DNA of 63,644 nt, filler included, from Octopus bimaculoides (taxonomy: Eukaryota), in the NCBI RefSeq assembly GCF_001194135.2. It is 4 parts of 4 records of this genome, joined end to end, with 100 filler letters (N's around TTAATTAATTAA, not from the genome) between each part and the next. Parts side by side here need not be neighbours in the genome. Positions count along the whole stretch, not along the records: positions 32,956 to 47,084 come from NC_068981.1; positions 47,185 to 63,644 come from NC_068982.1; 2 more parts are not named here. One strand, given 5' to 3'. Positions within the stretch are counted from its first letter, which is position 1, and each line of letters starts with the position of its first letter. Both the position numbers and the translations under genes were made by a program. The notes under the pieces are model-generated. The model worked only from the letters and a program-made list of their open reading frames with translations, did not search any database and was not told the origin of the DNA. Shown in pieces: positions 37,595-49,513 of the stretch.

Positions 37595-37860
37595 TAACAT
37601 ATAATTGCCAACCAAGTGTGGTGTCCTATACAGGACAGTGCTACTGACGTCTATAGCCCCGGAAAGGCATATCTTCCAGCTGCCTAACGACACACATTGT
37701 GTGTCCAATTAATATTTGCGAAGGGAGGTCATCGCTCCCATCTCTAGCCTTATGTGATGTATACGGACTCGAATTTCTGGGTGGTTACCCGTCCTCAGCC
37801 TGTTTTAATCACCAGCTAGTGATGAAAACTCCTTCCACTCGCAAAATACTATATGCTTTT
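37591..37860 (-). repeat. Unclassified multi-hairpin repeat, copy 1 (tail truncated by (TA)n)
   Basis: Direct homologue of 37948-38131 at an offset of 357 bp. It extends further toward the element's 5' side. Confidence 0.85.
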
Positions 37861-37911
37861 TCCAGCGACAAACTATCGCTGATTTCGAAAAAAGAGAGAT
37901 AATCTATATTC

Positions 37912-38339
37912 AATCTCTGAGCGAGATATAAACTGTAGCAATACGGAATCGTAACATATAATTGCCATTTAAGTGAGGCGTCCGAAACAGAACAGTGCTA
38001 CTGACGTTTATAGCCAAAGGAAGATATCTCTTCTAGCTGCCTAATGGCACACGTTCTGTGTCCGATTAGTATTTGCGAGGGGAGGTCACCTCTCTCATCT
38101 CTATCCTTACGTGATACACACGGACTCGAATGTGTATCACGTAAGGCTAGAAATGGGACTGATGACCTCCCCTCGCAAATACTAATCAGACACAGAACGT
38201 GTGTCGTTAGCCGACTGGAAGAGATATCTTTCTGGGGCTATAAACTTCAGTAGCACTGTCCTGTATAGGACGCCACACTTGGTTGGCAATTATAGGTTAC
38301 AATTCTGTATTGCTACAGTTTATCTCTCGCTCAGAGATT
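37912..38339. repeat. 428-bp palindrome: two 209-bp arms of the multi-hairpin repeat around a 10-nt loop
   Basis: 37912-38120 is an imperfect reverse complement of 38131-38339 (end coordinates sum identically, so no net indel). The loop is CGGACTCGAA. Confidence 0.93.
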
Positions 38340-38349
38340 TACTATAGCT

Positions 38350-39055
38350 CTTTTACCCTTTCCTGTAGATCCCTTCACACTTTCTTCGTTCCCTCCACTT
38401 TTCTTTTTCTCGCTACCACCCTCTCTCATATTTCTTAGACTTTTCCTTCATTCTCATCACTTTCCCTCCTCATTTGCCTCACTCTGTCCTTTTCCTTTTT
38501 CTCTCTCTTTCGTCCCTCCCTAATTCTTCAATCTCTCTACCCCTAGCTCTCTCCTCTCCTTCCACGTGACCGGTGTTCGGCTAAGCCTGACCTTTCTTTC
38601 TTGGTTCGACTACCATCCATGTAGTATCTCTTATAGTCTTTCCCATGACTTTAACCTTGTATGTTCCTGCCGTAAGGCTTCACTTCCACACACGCCAGCT
38701 TATTTTAATTCATCCTTAGTCGAAAGACAAGTGTTGTTAATGTCCTGTTGTTTGTATTTGTAATTGTGTACCATTTGTCCGGTTTTTTTTATCGTCCTTG
38801 TTTTCGTATACATTCACTTGCTTTCTTTCAAAGAATCTAGTGCTCTTCGCTTAGATTTTCTTGGGTCCCCGGCCAGATTAGAGCAGTCTCGAGAGTAACC
38901 GGCCGAAACTGCAAAGACAATCTGGTACTCGACTGAAGAGTGAAAGCTCTGAATGACCCGATCTTGTTTTTTCTTGTTCTTTTTTGTATCGTCGAACTGT
39001 CCGAATGTTTTGTTGTCGCCTGTTACGTTATTGTTCCATTATTTGTTTTGTTATA
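38350..39055 (+). mobile_element. Unclassified interspersed repeat with a pyrimidine-rich start and hammerhead-like boxes at 38904-38950
   Basis: GGCC-GAAAC-TGCA..GA-CTGAAGA-G-TGAAAG-CTC followed by a T-rich tail. Recalled as a common octopus repeat but not verified. Confidence 0.45.
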
Positions 39056-39129
39056 TATANNNNNNNNNNATACACGTACACATACACGCGCATGTATTAA
39101 TGTTTGTCTTAATGTGATGTCGCAACTCA

Positions 39130-39270
39130 TTTCTACAGCTCAGTGAACTGGAGCAACGTGAAATAAAGTGTCTTGCTCAAGAACACAACACGCAGCCCAG
39201 TCCGGGATTTGAACTCACAACGTCACGATCGTAAGCTCGACGCTCTAACTACTGAGCCATGTGCCTTCAC
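39130..39270 (-). mobile_element. tRNA-head SINE 5' fragment
   Basis: GAACTGGAGCAACGTGAAATAAAGTGTCTTGCTCAAG..GGGATTTGAACTC..CTAACTACTGAGCC. Confidence 0.85.
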
Positions 39271-39310
39271 ACACACACACACACGCTCACACGCTCGCGC
39301 GCGCGCACGC

Positions 39311-39351
<41 letters not shown>

Positions 39352-39362
39352 CACACATATAT

Positions 39363-41432
39363 TAGGGTTATGACTTTTTCACAACTCAATAACCCTATAC
39401 TAATTCAATGAATAATGTTATAAAAGTCAGGAAACTAGCATTCATTTTACCTAATATGAAGAAAATGCCACCCCTAACTCAAGAAATTGATCACCACTTT
39501 TGACCCAAATTATGCAAAATCGTAGGTGGGTGGGGTCGTAATGCCTGCTCAAAGTTTTACCAAACTTGGTGTGCTGACTCAATGCAAAACAGAAATAGTA
39601 TATCTGAAATTTCAGCTTTTTAGTTGAAGTAGTTTCAGAATTATGGGCTTTTAAAACTATAATTACTAGGTGGTGCTAGATTCACACTTCAGTATTTCCG
39701 CTGCCCAAATCTTTGTGAAAGCAAGAGAGATGTGGAATAAAAGTGTATTTATACATTTTAAAGATGAGTGAATTGAAATTGTTCTATGCAAACGTTCAAG
39801 TAGGCTATTTTAAGACAGAGAACACGACAAGCATTCGATAACATACAAAATTTTAAAACAATAAATATTTTAAACTTCATAGGTTTAATTCCAATTTTTG
39901 ATAACTGTATAAGTAAAAGGCTGCTGAATGTATGCAAATTTTTAAACATAACAAAAGATGAATATGTTTTGTTAGATAAAATAAATTGAAGCTGAAATTT
40001 CTACTTTTTACAAACATCATAAAGATCTTGAAGGCACTTGATTGCCCGTTCTGCACTCTGATTTGTTCTGGGAATTTCCAGTTTTGATAGTTCTCGACTC
40101 CAAACATTTTTTACAGAGGTCAATGCTTTTTTATGAACTTGCAGGCTACCACATAACCTCTGATAATCATGTGCATTGAACATTTGGTCAGTAAACCAAA
40201 AATCGACCCAGCTGTAAGAGATGAATCGACAAACATTGAGAAGCAAAACTCTTTTCTCTGGTAGAAGAATGAATGCGAAAAGAGCTAGTATTGTTCGAGA
40301 ATTCCATCTTGCATTACTTAAGTTGGGTATTTTATGAAACTTTATAGTAGAAAATTTGCCGGTTTCTTCAAAGAAACGAAAAACTCTGGTCGAATGAAAG
40401 AGAAATTTCATGTCATCTCGCCATCCTGCTGATTCAGTAAGCTTTCTTCCCCATTGTTGAAATTAACCAGGAGTTTTTCGTAATTACTTAGAAACTCTGG
40501 GATGAATGTATATTCAATATTGGGAAATGACTTTTTTTCTCCAAGTTCGTTGTCCATTACAACACGAAGAACTCTGTCATGGATATGATGCTGACAACCA
40601 ATAAATTGCGGTGCTTTCAAACCATTTTGAGCAAGCAGACATTGCAACTGAATGACAATGCGATTTCTCTTCCCAGCGTTCACACTCGTTGTAACAGCGA
40701 CAATGATCTTTATACAGTTCCATTAATTGTATTCATCTAAAACAGCTGTTATTCCTTTCACAACAGTATCGGCTTTTCCGTTTGGTAATTGGAGTGCTTC
40801 TAACTTAACTTCTCTTTGTTCATTCTTTAAAACTAGCACTTGATATTCTTGGTCATCAATATGTTTACCATCAAAATACAATGACCAGTTTTCTAAATGT
40901 AGTGTTTTCTTCATTTTCCTTTTTAGTTTAACAGCTTCTTTGATAGTCGATCTGTAAATACCAGATTGGGAAGGAGTTTTGACATTGATTCAATCTTGAG
41001 ATAATTATCAACAAACTGTTGCTGCTTTGGGGGTTGATAGCTTGAAAGATATTACTAACTTGGTTGCAGTTCCATTTTTGCTATACTCCCACCTTGTTTG
41101 TGTGGATGCTTCATCTGATTTTTCGGACTCTTGATATTCACTTTCAGTCTCTGCTTCAGACGTTGACGATGACACTGAAGTTGCTCTGGTTGAAGTTGGC
41201 ATTAAGGACACTTTTCTTCTTTTGGATGGATGGATAGTTTTGGAACTGGCTACCTTGCATGCCCAACCTGTCCCTTGCTTTCAGCTTGAAGATAATATAA
41301 CCTTCTATCCTCATTGCACAGCCATTCACGGTTACCCTTGTGATGTCAAAAATTTCTTTCAATGAATCGTATTTTCCTAGTTTTACACATTTTTCGTAGG
41401 TATTCAGTACTTTTTCTACTTTTGCTTGTATA
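39363..41432 (-). mobile_element. hAT-superfamily (hATm-like) DNA transposon with a multiply frameshifted DDE transposase
   Basis: Pieces in order: EKVLNTYEKC..; TATKLV..LST.KAATVC; WSLYFDGKHI (D1); IVAVTTSVNAG (decayed DTT, D2); FIGCQHH (CxxH); SNARW; PRTNQSAERAIK (E). The left terminus begins TAGGGTT. The other end is lost in the gap. Confidence 0.8.
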
Positions 41433-42099
41433 NNNNNNNNNNNNNNNNNNNNNNNNNNNNNNNNNNNNNNNNNNNNNNNNNNNNNNNNNNNNNNNNNNNN
41501 NNNNNNNNNNNNNNNNNNNNNNNNNNNNNNNNNNNNNNNNNNNNNNNNNNNNNNNNNNNNNNNNNNNNNNNNNNNNNNNNNNNNNNNNNNNNNNNNNNNN
41601 NNNNNNNNNNNNNNNNNNNNNNNNNNNNNNNNNNNNNNNNNNNNNNNNNNNNNNNNNNNNNNNNNNNNNNNNNNNNNNNNNNNNNNNNNNNNNNNNNNNN
41701 NNNNNNNNNNNNNNNNNNNNNNNNNNNNNNNNNNNNNNNNNNNNNNNNNNNNNNNNNNNNNNNNNNNNNNNNNNNNNNNNNNNNNNNNNNNNNNNNNNNN
41801 NNNNNNNNNNNNNNNNNNNNNNNNNNNNNNNNNNNNNNNNNNNNNNNNNNNNNNNNNNNNNNNNNNNNNNNNNNNNNNNNNNNNNNNNNNNNNNNNNNNN
41901 NNNNNNAAGTATTTTACCTGGCGTCCTAACAATTCTGCTACGTCACGACTTTAGGGTTGAAATAAATATCACAACGTAATTCTGTTCACTGCACCACTTT
42001 ACTGCCATTTTCTAAGTGTACATACCTTTTATCTATGTACACACTCACAAACACTGAGATATGTATGTATGTGCTCGTGTGTGTGTGTGTGTGTGTGTG

Positions 42100-42135
<36 letters not shown>

Positions 42136-42139
42136 CTTC

Positions 42140-42275
42140 TATAAAGAGAACTTTTTGGCCAAATTAGCTCTCTAATTGAAGTAATTTGGTCTGGTGGTAA
42201 GATATCTAATGATTGGTAATCGATCTGTTCGAACGGATAGCCGGTCATTTTGAAACTTCTGGCAACAAAAGATTG
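42140..42275 (+). pseudogene. Small LINE RT-region fragment
   Basis: ELFGQISSLIEVIWSGGKISNDW* resembles L...L..LI..IW..G.IP.DW of RTE/CR1 ORF2. Confidence 0.4.
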
Positions 42276-42349
42276 ACAAAGTTTCATAATTGTAAGGAAA
42301 ATAATATACAATACGATGGTATTAATATGAGTATGTATATATGTACGCA

Positions 42350-42445
<96 letters not shown>

Positions 42446-42938
42446 CATACATGCACATACATACATACAAACATACTTACATACATACATACATACATGC
42501 AAGAAACAATATAGCTGGGTTATTTTCTGTTTATGAAACAAATGATACCACAAATCTGGCATTAAAAGAGATTGGTTTTACAACAGCTCGCGTGCAAATG
42601 GGACCTACAGCAGAAACTAGCAATTCATATATGCTGTATCTGAAAAAAAGAAAAATAATAATAAGTTCTAAGGAATTGAAAATTCTTTGTCGGGTGTAGT
42701 TAATATTCTTCTCACAAGTTACTTACAGACAACTGATTAAAGAAACATTTAAATTGGTATGACATTACAAACATAGCAAGGTATTATTAACGATCTTATC
42801 TTTAGGTATTAGATCAAATAAATATTTTCTTTGTGTATTTTTTCAACTGTGTGTAGAAGAGCTAACACAGATCTTACATCCACGCCGCACATTCACTTAA
42901 CACTTTTACAAAGGTGGCATAAACATATATTGTACGTG

Positions 42939-42987
<49 letters not shown>

Positions 42988-43639
42988 CTAATTTATTCAT
43001 ATACATACGCACACAAACCTAAAAATATATACATCTAGCCGAACATATTTTCTTCTGCTGCTTTTGTATAGTACATGTATTCTACGATATGTGTGTGTGT
43101 GTGTGTGTGCGCGTGCGTATATGTATGTGTGCGTGCGCGCGTGCGTACGTATATGTATGTGTGTGTATGTGCGTGTGCGTGCAATCACATACAAATATGC
43201 AGACGAACACATGTATATATGGGGTAGAGGGTGCTCTGGGTAGAGATAATACTTTCATTATTTGCTCCCTAATTCAAAGCGTTCGTTTGCATCACTGGTC
43301 CTTGATCATTTTCTAAATCTCTCCTGTGTAAGTATAAGCGCTAGAGCTTGTCAAACCGCTTCAACTAGCGGGAAAAACTGTGTGATGGAATGTTGTTAAC
43401 ACGGTAACATCAAGCGAATGACTTCCATGACGAAGTCACAGCGCACACAACGTTTACAGACGAATTGTAGCGGTCTGTTATAGTTATGTACAGCTTACGA
43501 ACAAGGAGGACCACTTAGTCTTGGCATGTAAATATTTCTATCCCGGACCGATCACAGTGATGTGTGTGTGTGTGTGTGTGTGTAAGAAGATGCAGTAAAT
43601 ATCCATCTGGTGATGCAATTCAAATGTTCACGACAGAAA

Positions 43640-44200
43640 CAACATCATCATTATTATTACTATGGCCAGGTTCCAACCCAGGTTGCAGCAACAAAGTACA
43701 CCTGTCACACTTCTCAGTCCATCATCATTGCCTCGAGGTCCTGGATACATTCCAGGCCAGTGTTTGTAATCAAGTTGTCGATGTAAGTGTGACGACGTTT
43801 TCCTCTTCAGAACATCATGTTTGTCACATAGAATGTAAGGTCTCTGAAGCAAGCAAGAAAATCGCAAGAACGATATCGAGAAGTACACTGGCGTCTTCGG
43901 CTCTAAGAAACCAGATGAAAGAACACTGACAAAAATTTAGACGAGAGAATCTCATATACACTATATCAGGAAAAAATAGTTTTCTATAAATTTTAAAAGC
44001 CCTATTAAGAGAATTTTCAATTTCTGCATCTTCTGTGAGAAATATGTTGGGTGCCAAAGAGAATGAATCAGGAGATGAATCTCTAATTTTTTCCTCAAGT
44101 AAAGATATATTCGACACAGTTGCACCTCATTAGAACAAGATGTTAGAGAGGAGTGACTGTGGTGAGAAATTCGTGTACACAAGATTTTGCTAACCTAATA
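43640..44200 (-). mobile_element. RTE LINE 3' fragment with an (AAT/GAT)n tail
   Basis: LTEDAEIENSLNRAFKIYRKL (from D.EI..RI.KA..F..L) and RGKRRHTYIDNLITNTGLECIQDLEAMMMD*EV* (RTE C-terminus). The tail is at about 43640-43660. Confidence 0.8.
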
Positions 44201-45146
44201 CTGAATGGAGTTAGAAAGAGAAAAATAAGGTGGTTTAATCTGCTAGTCAGTCACGATGAGTCAACGAATGCTACCACGAAATGTTTAATCTCTAACTAAA
44301 TAGCACTTACCGCCGAGTAAGCCTAACTACTACAAGTCATCTAATGTGCATAATATTAAGATTACCTACTTTTACATCGATTTACACATTACACGCTTCA
44401 ACAGAAGAATCATCCAACATTGTACACTTTGTCACAAGCAGCCGCCTACAACTACCGAAATCAATAAATTTATTCATTGATGAAATTTTCATTCTCCAAG
44501 ATAGTGGTCAGTAAAAAACACTTATCTGATCTGTGCGCATTCCAAGCTACTACACAGAACTCAGAGCCAATGATTTCAAAGGACCTTCAAGAAAAACGCT
44601 ACGTCGATGTCCCAATGTATCTGGCGGCTTCAGGACCAGAGAATGAACAATCCCAACATAAGAGGAATATTCTCAACAATGTCCCCTTTATTCACCATGA
44701 CTGTGCAAGTGCCGATTTTATCTCTGTGAAGATACACATATTTCATCTAGAGAATTCTCTATTAGTTGATTTTTATGCCATTAGGTTTTAACTTTGTTGT
44801 TTTAAGGTAAATTTTACAGAAATTTCAACTTCACTGAAATTTCTGAAGAAATGTAGCCTACTCACATTTCATATTTCAGTGTTACCCACTGTTCGGCAGC
44901 AAAACAACATTTGCTATAACAAACCTAACAGTCATCATGCTAGGGGCTAAGTTACCTGACTCGAAATGGTTGAAAAGAACAAGGTTTACACATCATTCAA
45001 TAACTTGATTTTAGAATTCGCGGCTACTCACTCTTTATTATCATCGCATCAACTAACCCAGACGATTTTGCTTCATGCGAAAGAATAAGTATACACAATA
45101 TGCACACACTCACAGACACACAAACACACATACATTTACATAATAA

Positions 45147-45259
45147 TTGTTCAAAGTTGAGTCTGCGGAGTTGCAGCTCAGCCTGTCTCGTTAACACTTC
45201 TCGAAGACTGGGAACGGAAGTCTCCAAATAGTGATTCGCACAGACGCAACTTTGAACAA
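45147..45259. repeat. 113-bp element bounded by a 21-bp inverted repeat (mini-MITE or hairpin)
   Basis: TTGTTCAAAGTTGAGTCTGCG pairs with CACAGACGCAACTTTGAACAA, with 2 mismatches. Confidence 0.6.
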
Positions 45260-46599
45260 ATATCATTCTGCATTATCACACAATATTGGGTTCTTTCTTT
45301 TGCTTAATAGCAACTCTCATCAGTGTGACTATCACTCTATTATATGTGCGTCTGTGCATGTATGTATGTATGTATGCATGTATGTATGTACGTACGTACG
45401 TACGTTCGTATGTATGTATGTATGTATGTATGTATTATGTATGTATGTGTATATGTATGTTTGTACGTATGTGTGTACATATATATGTACAGATGAAATA
45501 GCTGGAACATTTCAAGAAGTATTGTATATACTGTATATACTGGACTAAATCAATCAATGAAGCCATACAGTACAGCGTTGTATGAAACACTTGTATTTTA
45601 CTCGTTTTCGATCATAAAATGTCCATGTAGCAGATATTTCGGTGTAAAACGTCGCATTGTAAAATTACAGGAAGTCAGATATTTTCCGGATTTTATTCTG
45701 TTGTTTTAGGTTGTCACATTATCACGTTAGTGTTCTTCTTCGCCACACTTTGGCAATATTCCTGTGTATATAAATATGTACGTATATATGCATCTACATA
45801 TGGGTGTATGTACATTGAAGCTCATGCATGAATACGAATATATACAGACATATAAACATATGATATATGGGTGCACACATTTGTTCGTTTATATGTATGT
45901 CTGTGTTGTATGGGAATACATACATACATACATACATAATACATACATACATACATACATACAAATAAATATATTCGCACATTTATTCGTCTACAAGTAA
46001 CCACAATAATATATAAGGAAATAAACACATATATATATATATATATATATATATGCGTATATTAGTATATACATTTAAATACTCAGAAACTCATATATGG
46101 ATATATATAAGAAAATATACATATACATGCGCATATATTTATATATACATTTAAACACACACACAAGCACTTACAAACTGACACACATGAGTGTGTGCTA
46201 TGTTTATGGGTGTGTACGTATGTGTAATTTAAATAGATGTAATTTAGGATTAGCGCTCGGTTCAGCAGAATAGACATCTTTTGATGTGTGTCCGTCTCTT
46301 GAAACATCAAAAGTTATATCGACGCGTGACACAATAACAACCTGAATATTTCACAACTTGTAGAGTCAATATAACGATTGAATATTTATTCTTCAGGCCT
46401 AGGCAATTTATCATGAGCAGCTAGTGATGTACTTAGATGAAAGACAGCAGATTCATATTGAGGAGTAAGAAAAAAACCCCGGGATAGTTGTAGAACCACA
46501 ACAAGGAAGATAATATGGGCATTTTGGTATGAGATGAAATGTGATGGACAGATAATCATGAAAGGAGGAGGAAAACAGGAATAAAGAATTCGAGATAGA

Positions 46600-47084
46600 A
46601 AGAGAAAGACAGAGAGAGATAGATTGTAAGGAAGTGAGGAAAGAATGAACGATGTTCATGTGAATGAGAGAGAGAGAGAGAGAGAGCGAGAGCACGAGAG
46701 AGCGTAGTGAGAACGAGAGGTGTGCGCGTGTGTGAGAGTGAGAAAGAGATAGAAGGAGAAAGAGAAAAAGACAGAGAGACAGAGAGATGAGTAGATCGAG
46801 GAAGAGAGATGAACGAAAGTGAGAACGTGTGTTAGAGAATAAGGGTATGATAGAGAAAGAGTGAAAGAGTGAAGAGGAGAAAGAGAATATAGTGAGAATA
46901 ACGTGTTTGCGTGTGTGTGTGCGTGTGTGTGTGTGAGAGAGAGAGAGAGAGGGAGAGAGAGAGGGTGGTGAGTAGAGAGCGAAAGAGAGACGAGTGAGAT
47001 TGAGAGAGAGAGGTGTGTTGGTGACTTGGGGATGATCGAAGGAGAGAGAGAGTGAAAGAGAGACAAACAGAGAGAGGCAGAGAC
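46600..47084. repeat. Degenerate (GA)n purine-rich tract
   Basis: Direct reading of the sequence. Confidence 0.85.
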
Positions 47085-48284
47085 NNNNNNNNNNNNNNNN
47101 NNNNNNNNNNNNNNNNNNNNNNNNNNNNTTAATTAATTAANNNNNNNNNNNNNNNNNNNNNNNNNNNNNNNNNNNNNNNNNNNNATATATATAAATATAT
47201 GTATATATAATTAAGATTCAGTTCAATTAGGTGGTTAAATTGAGGCACCTTGCTAAGTCGGTATAATCCGCCCACCCAAACAATATTAATCGGATATTGA
47301 ATATCAAGGCTACGTGCAGGTGTGTCTGTATCTGATATTCCTGCCATCTGTGCAGACAACACAACCCAGCTAAGTGAAGATATTCGCTCTTGGTAATTCA
47401 GATATTTACTTTTACAAAGGTACATTCCATAGTATTTCCGAAGTGCAGATTATGTATATATTTATATGGAAAGGGAAAGTGTATTCTCACGTAGGAAAAA
47501 ATATAGAATGTTTTCTGAGGCTTGAAGACCCACCTGAATCTGAAAAAACATGTAGCCGTTTTTACATATATTTAATCACATACAAAACATGATTCGACCA
47601 TTCATTGCTTATCAATGCTAGAACTATATATAAATGGTTTAGGTAAAAATTGAATAAACATGTTTAAATCATTAAGTGTTCAAATGTACACATAAATTTC
47701 AATGAGCTTCACAGGGATAGATTATAATATCGATGCAAATAATCGGCGAAGATCCTAAGAAATGTACGTTATTGAAAGTTCAGTCATATTGAGCTTTTAT
47801 AAAATCAGTGAAGTGAGAAGGAAAAAGTGAGAAAGAAAAAAATTCCTTTGTTTTAGAATTTCTGTCGTGGTACGTGTGGGTCTTCTTCCCAATTTCAGAT
47901 TTAGTGCACTGGTTTCTTCGCCTTTCACTGCTTGTTGGAATCGGAAGATACTTTATGTTCTATCTTTGAATGTATAGATAAGTTTTTTTACGGAAAATGA
48001 TCCAATTTTTGAATGGTTATAATTTTGAAGATATGCTATTCTTTGTTCATAGATGTTTTTGGTCAAAGAATATACATTAGCTCTGGTAAAGTTTAGTGTT
48101 TTGATTGGTTTGTTGGTTGGCTGGCTTCCTGGTGAAGACCAATGTCAAGAATGAAGATCTAATTTGTTGTAGGTTTCTTGACGTCACATTATTTTGATCG
48201 AGGATATTTCTCGTTTCACAGAACCTATTTCACTTTCACTTTAAGTTGATTACAAATATTTCCCCTTTCGGAACACTTATTTAG

Positions 48285-48550
48285 TAGTTAGAATAGTCGG
48301 TTAACGACCATAAGATCGTGAGTCCGATTCCCGGCGGCACATTGTGTACTTGAGGAAACCATTTCATTTCACGATGTTCTAGTCCACGCAGGTGGGAACA
48401 ATCAGTTGTACTTGTCAAAAGGGTCAGCTTTGAATCTCCCAAAGAACTACATTAATGCCCACGCGTCTCCGTGGAGTGCTCATCAACTTAAACGTTAATT
48501 ACAGGAGCAAGCCGTTCCGTTGATCACATCATCTGGAACCTACGGTGAGC
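48285..48550 (+). mobile_element. Degenerate tRNA-head SINE
   Basis: GTGAGTCCGATTCCCGG..CATTTCACG..GGAGTGCTCATC.ACTT..ACGTTAATT...GAGCA.GCCGTTCCGTTGATC is the reverse complement of the 27478 family. Confidence 0.7.
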
Positions 48551-49453
48551 CAGTTCATGTATATATATATATATATNNNNNNNNNNNNNNNNNNNNNNNN
48601 NNNNNNNNNNNNNNNNNNNNNNNNNNNNNNNNNNNNNNNNNNNNNNNNNNNNNNNNNNNNNNNNNNNNNNNNNNNNNNNNNNNNNNNNNNNNNNNNNNNN
48701 NNNNNNNNNNNNNNNNNNNNNNNNNNNNNNNNNNNNNNNNNNNNNNNNNNNNNNNNNNNNNNNNNNNNNNNNNNNNNNNNNNNNNNNNNNNNNNNNNNNN
48801 NNNNNNNNNNNNNNNNNNNNNNNNNNNNNNNNNNNNNNNNNNNNNNNNNNNNNNNNNNNNNNNNNNNNNNNNNNNNNNNNATATACACATATGTATGTAT
48901 GTATGTATGTATGTGTGTAGAAATACATAGATATAGCTATAATTAATTATGTAGAAATAAATCAGTATAAATCGGCGAAAAGAAACAAGCCAGTGTCTAG
49001 TATTATAAATTTCAACAACAAAGACGAATAAATGCATATTGTGTAGCTTACAAGATACATTCCATATTTATTAAAATTAAATATTAAATATTAAAACTTT
49101 AAAAATATTCGCAGTTGATTTGGGATGAGAAGGAGATATAACTATATAACTGTAGCAATAAAAAATTAACCGTTATTGCCATGTCATTAAATAAATGATA
49201 TTCTATGCATCTCGAGAAAGATGGCAGCAGAGTGTTTACCTCAATAGACATCATCAGCTCAGTAGTGCTCATAGCATAAATAAGACTACGATATACTAAA
49301 GTATATAGTTTATTTATAAAGCAGGCTAATTTTCGTTTATATGTGTTCGTGCGTGCGTGCGTGTGCGAGAGTGTGTGCATGTGTATATATATGCGTTTGT
49401 GTATATTTGAGTGTTTGTATATATGTATTTATGTACATATATATGCATGTGTG

Positions 49454-49513
<60 letters not shown>

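Noticed and set aside
37765-37810. 5S rRNA-like stretch on the minus strand (GGACGGGTAACCACCCAGAAATTCGAGT)
   Set aside because: It is only about 28 nt of partial similarity to the 5S box C region, with no match upstream. That is insufficient to call a 5S gene or a SINE3 head.
38159-38185. CTGATGA inside the foldback arm as a hammerhead core
   Set aside because: There is no stem II or GAAA box after it, and the motif is not conserved in the other arms.
39362-41956. TTAGGG at 39362 and 41951 as telomeric repeats
   Set aside because: These are single hexamers. The first is better explained as a transposon terminus.
44477-44791. 104-aa plus-strand ORF
   Set aside because: No recognisable domain, and the length is within chance expectation.
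47260-47425. Minus-strand ORF with a TGTCTGCACAG acceptor-like site (MAGISDTDTPARSLDIQYP..)
   Set aside because: No strong donor and no recognisable homology.
47830-48240. Moderately complex region that might be a decayed retroelement ORF
   Set aside because: My manual translations gave no diagnostic motif.
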